DNA of 64,000 bases from Leucoraja ocellata (taxonomy: Eukaryota). A program made the position numbers and the translations under genes. The stretch covers positions 558,001 through 622,000 of the forward strand of contig JAWMAR010000242.1 in the NCBI GenBank assembly GCA_036785375.1, in the 5' to 3' direction. The notes beneath the pieces are model-generated. The model was given only the letters and a program-made list of their open reading frames with translations. It ran no database searches and had not been told where the DNA came from. Below are positions 61,343 through 64,000 of this stretch, in pieces (position 1 is the stretch's first letter; every line of letters starts with the position of its first letter).

Positions 61343-63135
61343 GGGGGGTTTACATGGGGTTTACAGGGGTTTAAGGGTGCCTACATGCGGTATACAAGGG
61401 GTTTAGAGGGCTTTTTAGGGGGTTTAGAGAGGTTTAAAGGGGTATACAGGTGTTTATAGGTGTAGAGAGGTTTAGAGGGGTTTACAGAGGTTTCGATGGT
61501 TTTAGAGGGGTTTCCAGGGGCTTAGAGGTATTTATGGTGTGTTTAGAGGGGTTTACAGAGGTTTACAGGGATCTAGAGGGGTTTACTGGCGTTTACTGGG
61601 GCTTAGCGGGGTTTACCGGGGTTTACAAGTGTTTAGAGGAGGTTAGAGGGATTTACAGGAGTTCAGAGGGATGTACAGGGGTTTATATGGGTTTAAAGGG
61701 GTTACAGGGTGTTAGAGGGTTTACGTGTTTACAGGTGTTTTTAATGGGTTTTTAGGGGTTTAGACGGCTATTTTTAGTTGTTTAGAGATGTTTACAGATG
61801 TTTACGGGGTTTGGGGGGGGGCGATGGGTTTTGAGGGTTTAGTGGGTTTTATATGTGATTAGAGGGGTTTACAGAGGTTTATAGTGGTTTACAGGACTTT
61901 AGCGTTTTTAGAGAGGTTTACAGGGGGTTTTAGAGGGGTTTACATAGGGGTTACGTGTGTTTATAGGTGTCTAAACGGTTTTAGAGAGATTAACAGGTTT
62001 ACAAGGGTTGAGAGGAGTTTTCCAGTGGTTTTGGGGGTTTACATGGTGTTTATATGGGGTTTTTAAGGGGTTAGCGGGCTTTATAGGGGTTTAGAGACGT
62101 CTAGAGTAATTAACTGCGGTTTAGATTGGTTTACATGGGGTTTACAGGGTGTTATAGGGGGTTAGATGGCTTTATATGTGTTTGGTTGGCTTTGGGGGGC
62201 TTTGATGGATGTAGAGGGGGCTTGCAGGAGTTTGGAGGTGTCTGGAGAGCAGTTTGGAGGGGCTAGAGTGGTTCGGAGGGTTTTAGATGTGTTTAGAGTG
62301 GTTTAGAACGGTTTAAAGGGTTTAGAGGGTTTTAGAGATATTTACAGGTGTTTAGTAGGCTTTACAGGGGTTTCGAGGGTTTACACATGTTTAGAGGGTT
62401 TTAGAGAGGTTTATAGGGGTTTATAGGGGTTTACAGGTGTTTACAGGTGGAGAGGGGTTTACAGGTGTAGCGAGATTTAGTATGGTTTACAGGGGATTTA
62501 GAAGGTTTTAGAGAGGTTTACATGAGTTTAGAGGGGTTTACAGGGATCTAAAGGGGTTTACAGTGGTTTACCGGCGTTTACTGGGGCTTTGCGGGGTCTT
62601 TGGAGGGCTTTGAAGGGATTTAGAGGGAGTTTGCATGGTGTTTGGCGGTGTCTGGAGTGGTTTGGGAGGGGTTTAGAGAGATTTACAGGGGTTAGCGGGT
62701 TTTACAGGTGTTTACGGGTGTTTACAGGTATTTAGAGAGGTTTAGCGTGGTTTAGAGCGGGTTAAAGGGTCTTAGAGGTTTAGAGATGTTTTCAGCTGTT
62801 GAGTAGGCTTTACAGGGGTTTAGAGGGGGTTTACAGGTGTTTAGACGGGTTTACGTGGGGTTTACAGGTCTTTACAGGTGTTTACTTGGGTATAGATGGG
62901 TTTAGAGATCTTTATAGGGTGTTTATAGAGGTTTAGAGGGGGTTTACAGGGATCTAGAGGGGTTTACAGGTGTTTATTGGGGCTTAGCGGGGGTTACCAG
63001 GGATTACAAGTGTTTAGAGGTGTTTAAAGGGGTGTTAGAGGGATTTACAGGGGTTCAGATGGGTTTAGAGCGTTTTAGATGGGTTTAGAGGGGTTTACAG
63101 ATAATTGCGGGTGTTTAGAGGGGATTTAGACGGCT
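61343..63135 (-). repeat. Degenerate ~10-bp satellite (GAGGGGTTTA / CAGGGGTTTA)n, inverted relative to 59335-60145
   Basis: Visible directly. Confidence 0.9.
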
Positions 63136-63137
63136 TT

Positions 63138-64000
63138 AATTGTAATTGTAATTGTAAATCTTTATTGTCATTTCCTGAGTATTCGCATACCCAGAGGAAA
63201 CAAAAAAAAGTTGCTCAAACCAGTGTCCATTCAGTTTCCATTACAAAATAAATAGGAATTAAAATTAAAAAATACATGTTCATGAACAAATTTAACCCTC
63301 TAATAAACATTCAACAGCCGTTCCGACCGGCAGCGGCACAACAGTGGCTCTGCTGCAGTGTGGGGGGTTTGTGCGCGATACTTGGCAGGGGGGAAAGTTC
63401 ATTTAACAGTCTTATAGCCTGTGGAAGAAGCTGAGGAGCATCCTGCTGGTTTTGCAGCTAATGCTCCTGTACCTCTTCCCAGATGGGAGGATGGAGAAAA
63501 AGTCATGCGATGGGTGGTAAGGGTCTTTGATGATGGAGATGGCTCTGTTGATACATCTTCTTGTATATGTCCAGCAGGAAGGGAGGTGGAGCACCAATAA
63601 TCCTGCTTGCGGTCTTCACTATCATGTCCAGTTGGTGCCGTTCGTACGCCTTGCAGCTCCCGAACCAGGAAGTGATGCCGTATGTCAGTGTGCTCTCGAC
63701 AGTCCCCCTATAAAAAGTCCGTAGATGTGTGGTGGGGAGGCCTGCTTTCCGTAGTCTTCGGAGAGGGTGAAGTCGCTGCTGGGCTCTCTTGACCAGAGCT
63801 GTGGTGTTGGCCGTGGACGTCAGGTCATCAGACAGATGTAGTCCTAAGAACCTCATGCTGCTGACCCTTTCCACATCAGCTCCGTCGATGTGCAGAGGTG
63901 CATGGTGATGTTTCCCCGCCCTCCTGAAGTCAACCACCATCTCCTTAGTTTTTCCCACGTTAAGAATGAGGTTGTGGGATTTGCACCAACCTGTGAGCAG
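63138..64000 (-). mobile_element. Rex1/Babar LINE 3' part (continues beyond the window)
   Basis: KTKEMVVDFRR…FLGLHL…LRRL…SWFG in ORF 63503..63958; (ATTACA)n tail. Confidence 0.88.

Noticed and set aside
59335-63135. Interstitial telomere or chromosome-fusion site
   Set aside because: The unit is a degenerate 10-mer, not TTAGGG, and the orientation is opposite to a fusion.

Overview
This is eukaryotic vertebrate genomic DNA, very likely from a skate or ray (inferred from the Ig sequence and the repeat families). The main gene is a complete, apparently functional, germline-unrearranged cartilaginous-fish IgM heavy-chain cluster on the + strand (36052-49315). Its order is leader, VH, D1, D2, JH, CH1-CH4 with secretory tail, TM1 and TM2, with intact reading frames, canonical GT-AG splice sites and a 23/12-22/12-12/23 RSS set. 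Bases 1-26 kb are a head-to-tail tandem segmental duplication (three copies, roughly 95% identical by eye) made almost entirely of transposon debris; comparing the copies exposes empty and filled insertion sites. The rest is dense in CR1, L2, Rex1/Babar, Penelope-like and HERO-like retroelements, V-SINEs, MITEs, minisatellites and an inverted TAAACCCCTC satellite at 59.3-63.1 kb. The most notable unexplained signals are a ~100-bp inverted repeat in the J-C intron carrying a perfect octamer in each arm (candidate enhancer), hammerhead-ribozyme-like cores in Penelope-derived repeats (including a perfect 96-bp-arm palindrome with a 14-bp TSD), and a near-intact young Rex1/Babar element. There are three assembly gaps. 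Most ORFs in the supplied track are TE remnants or spurious.
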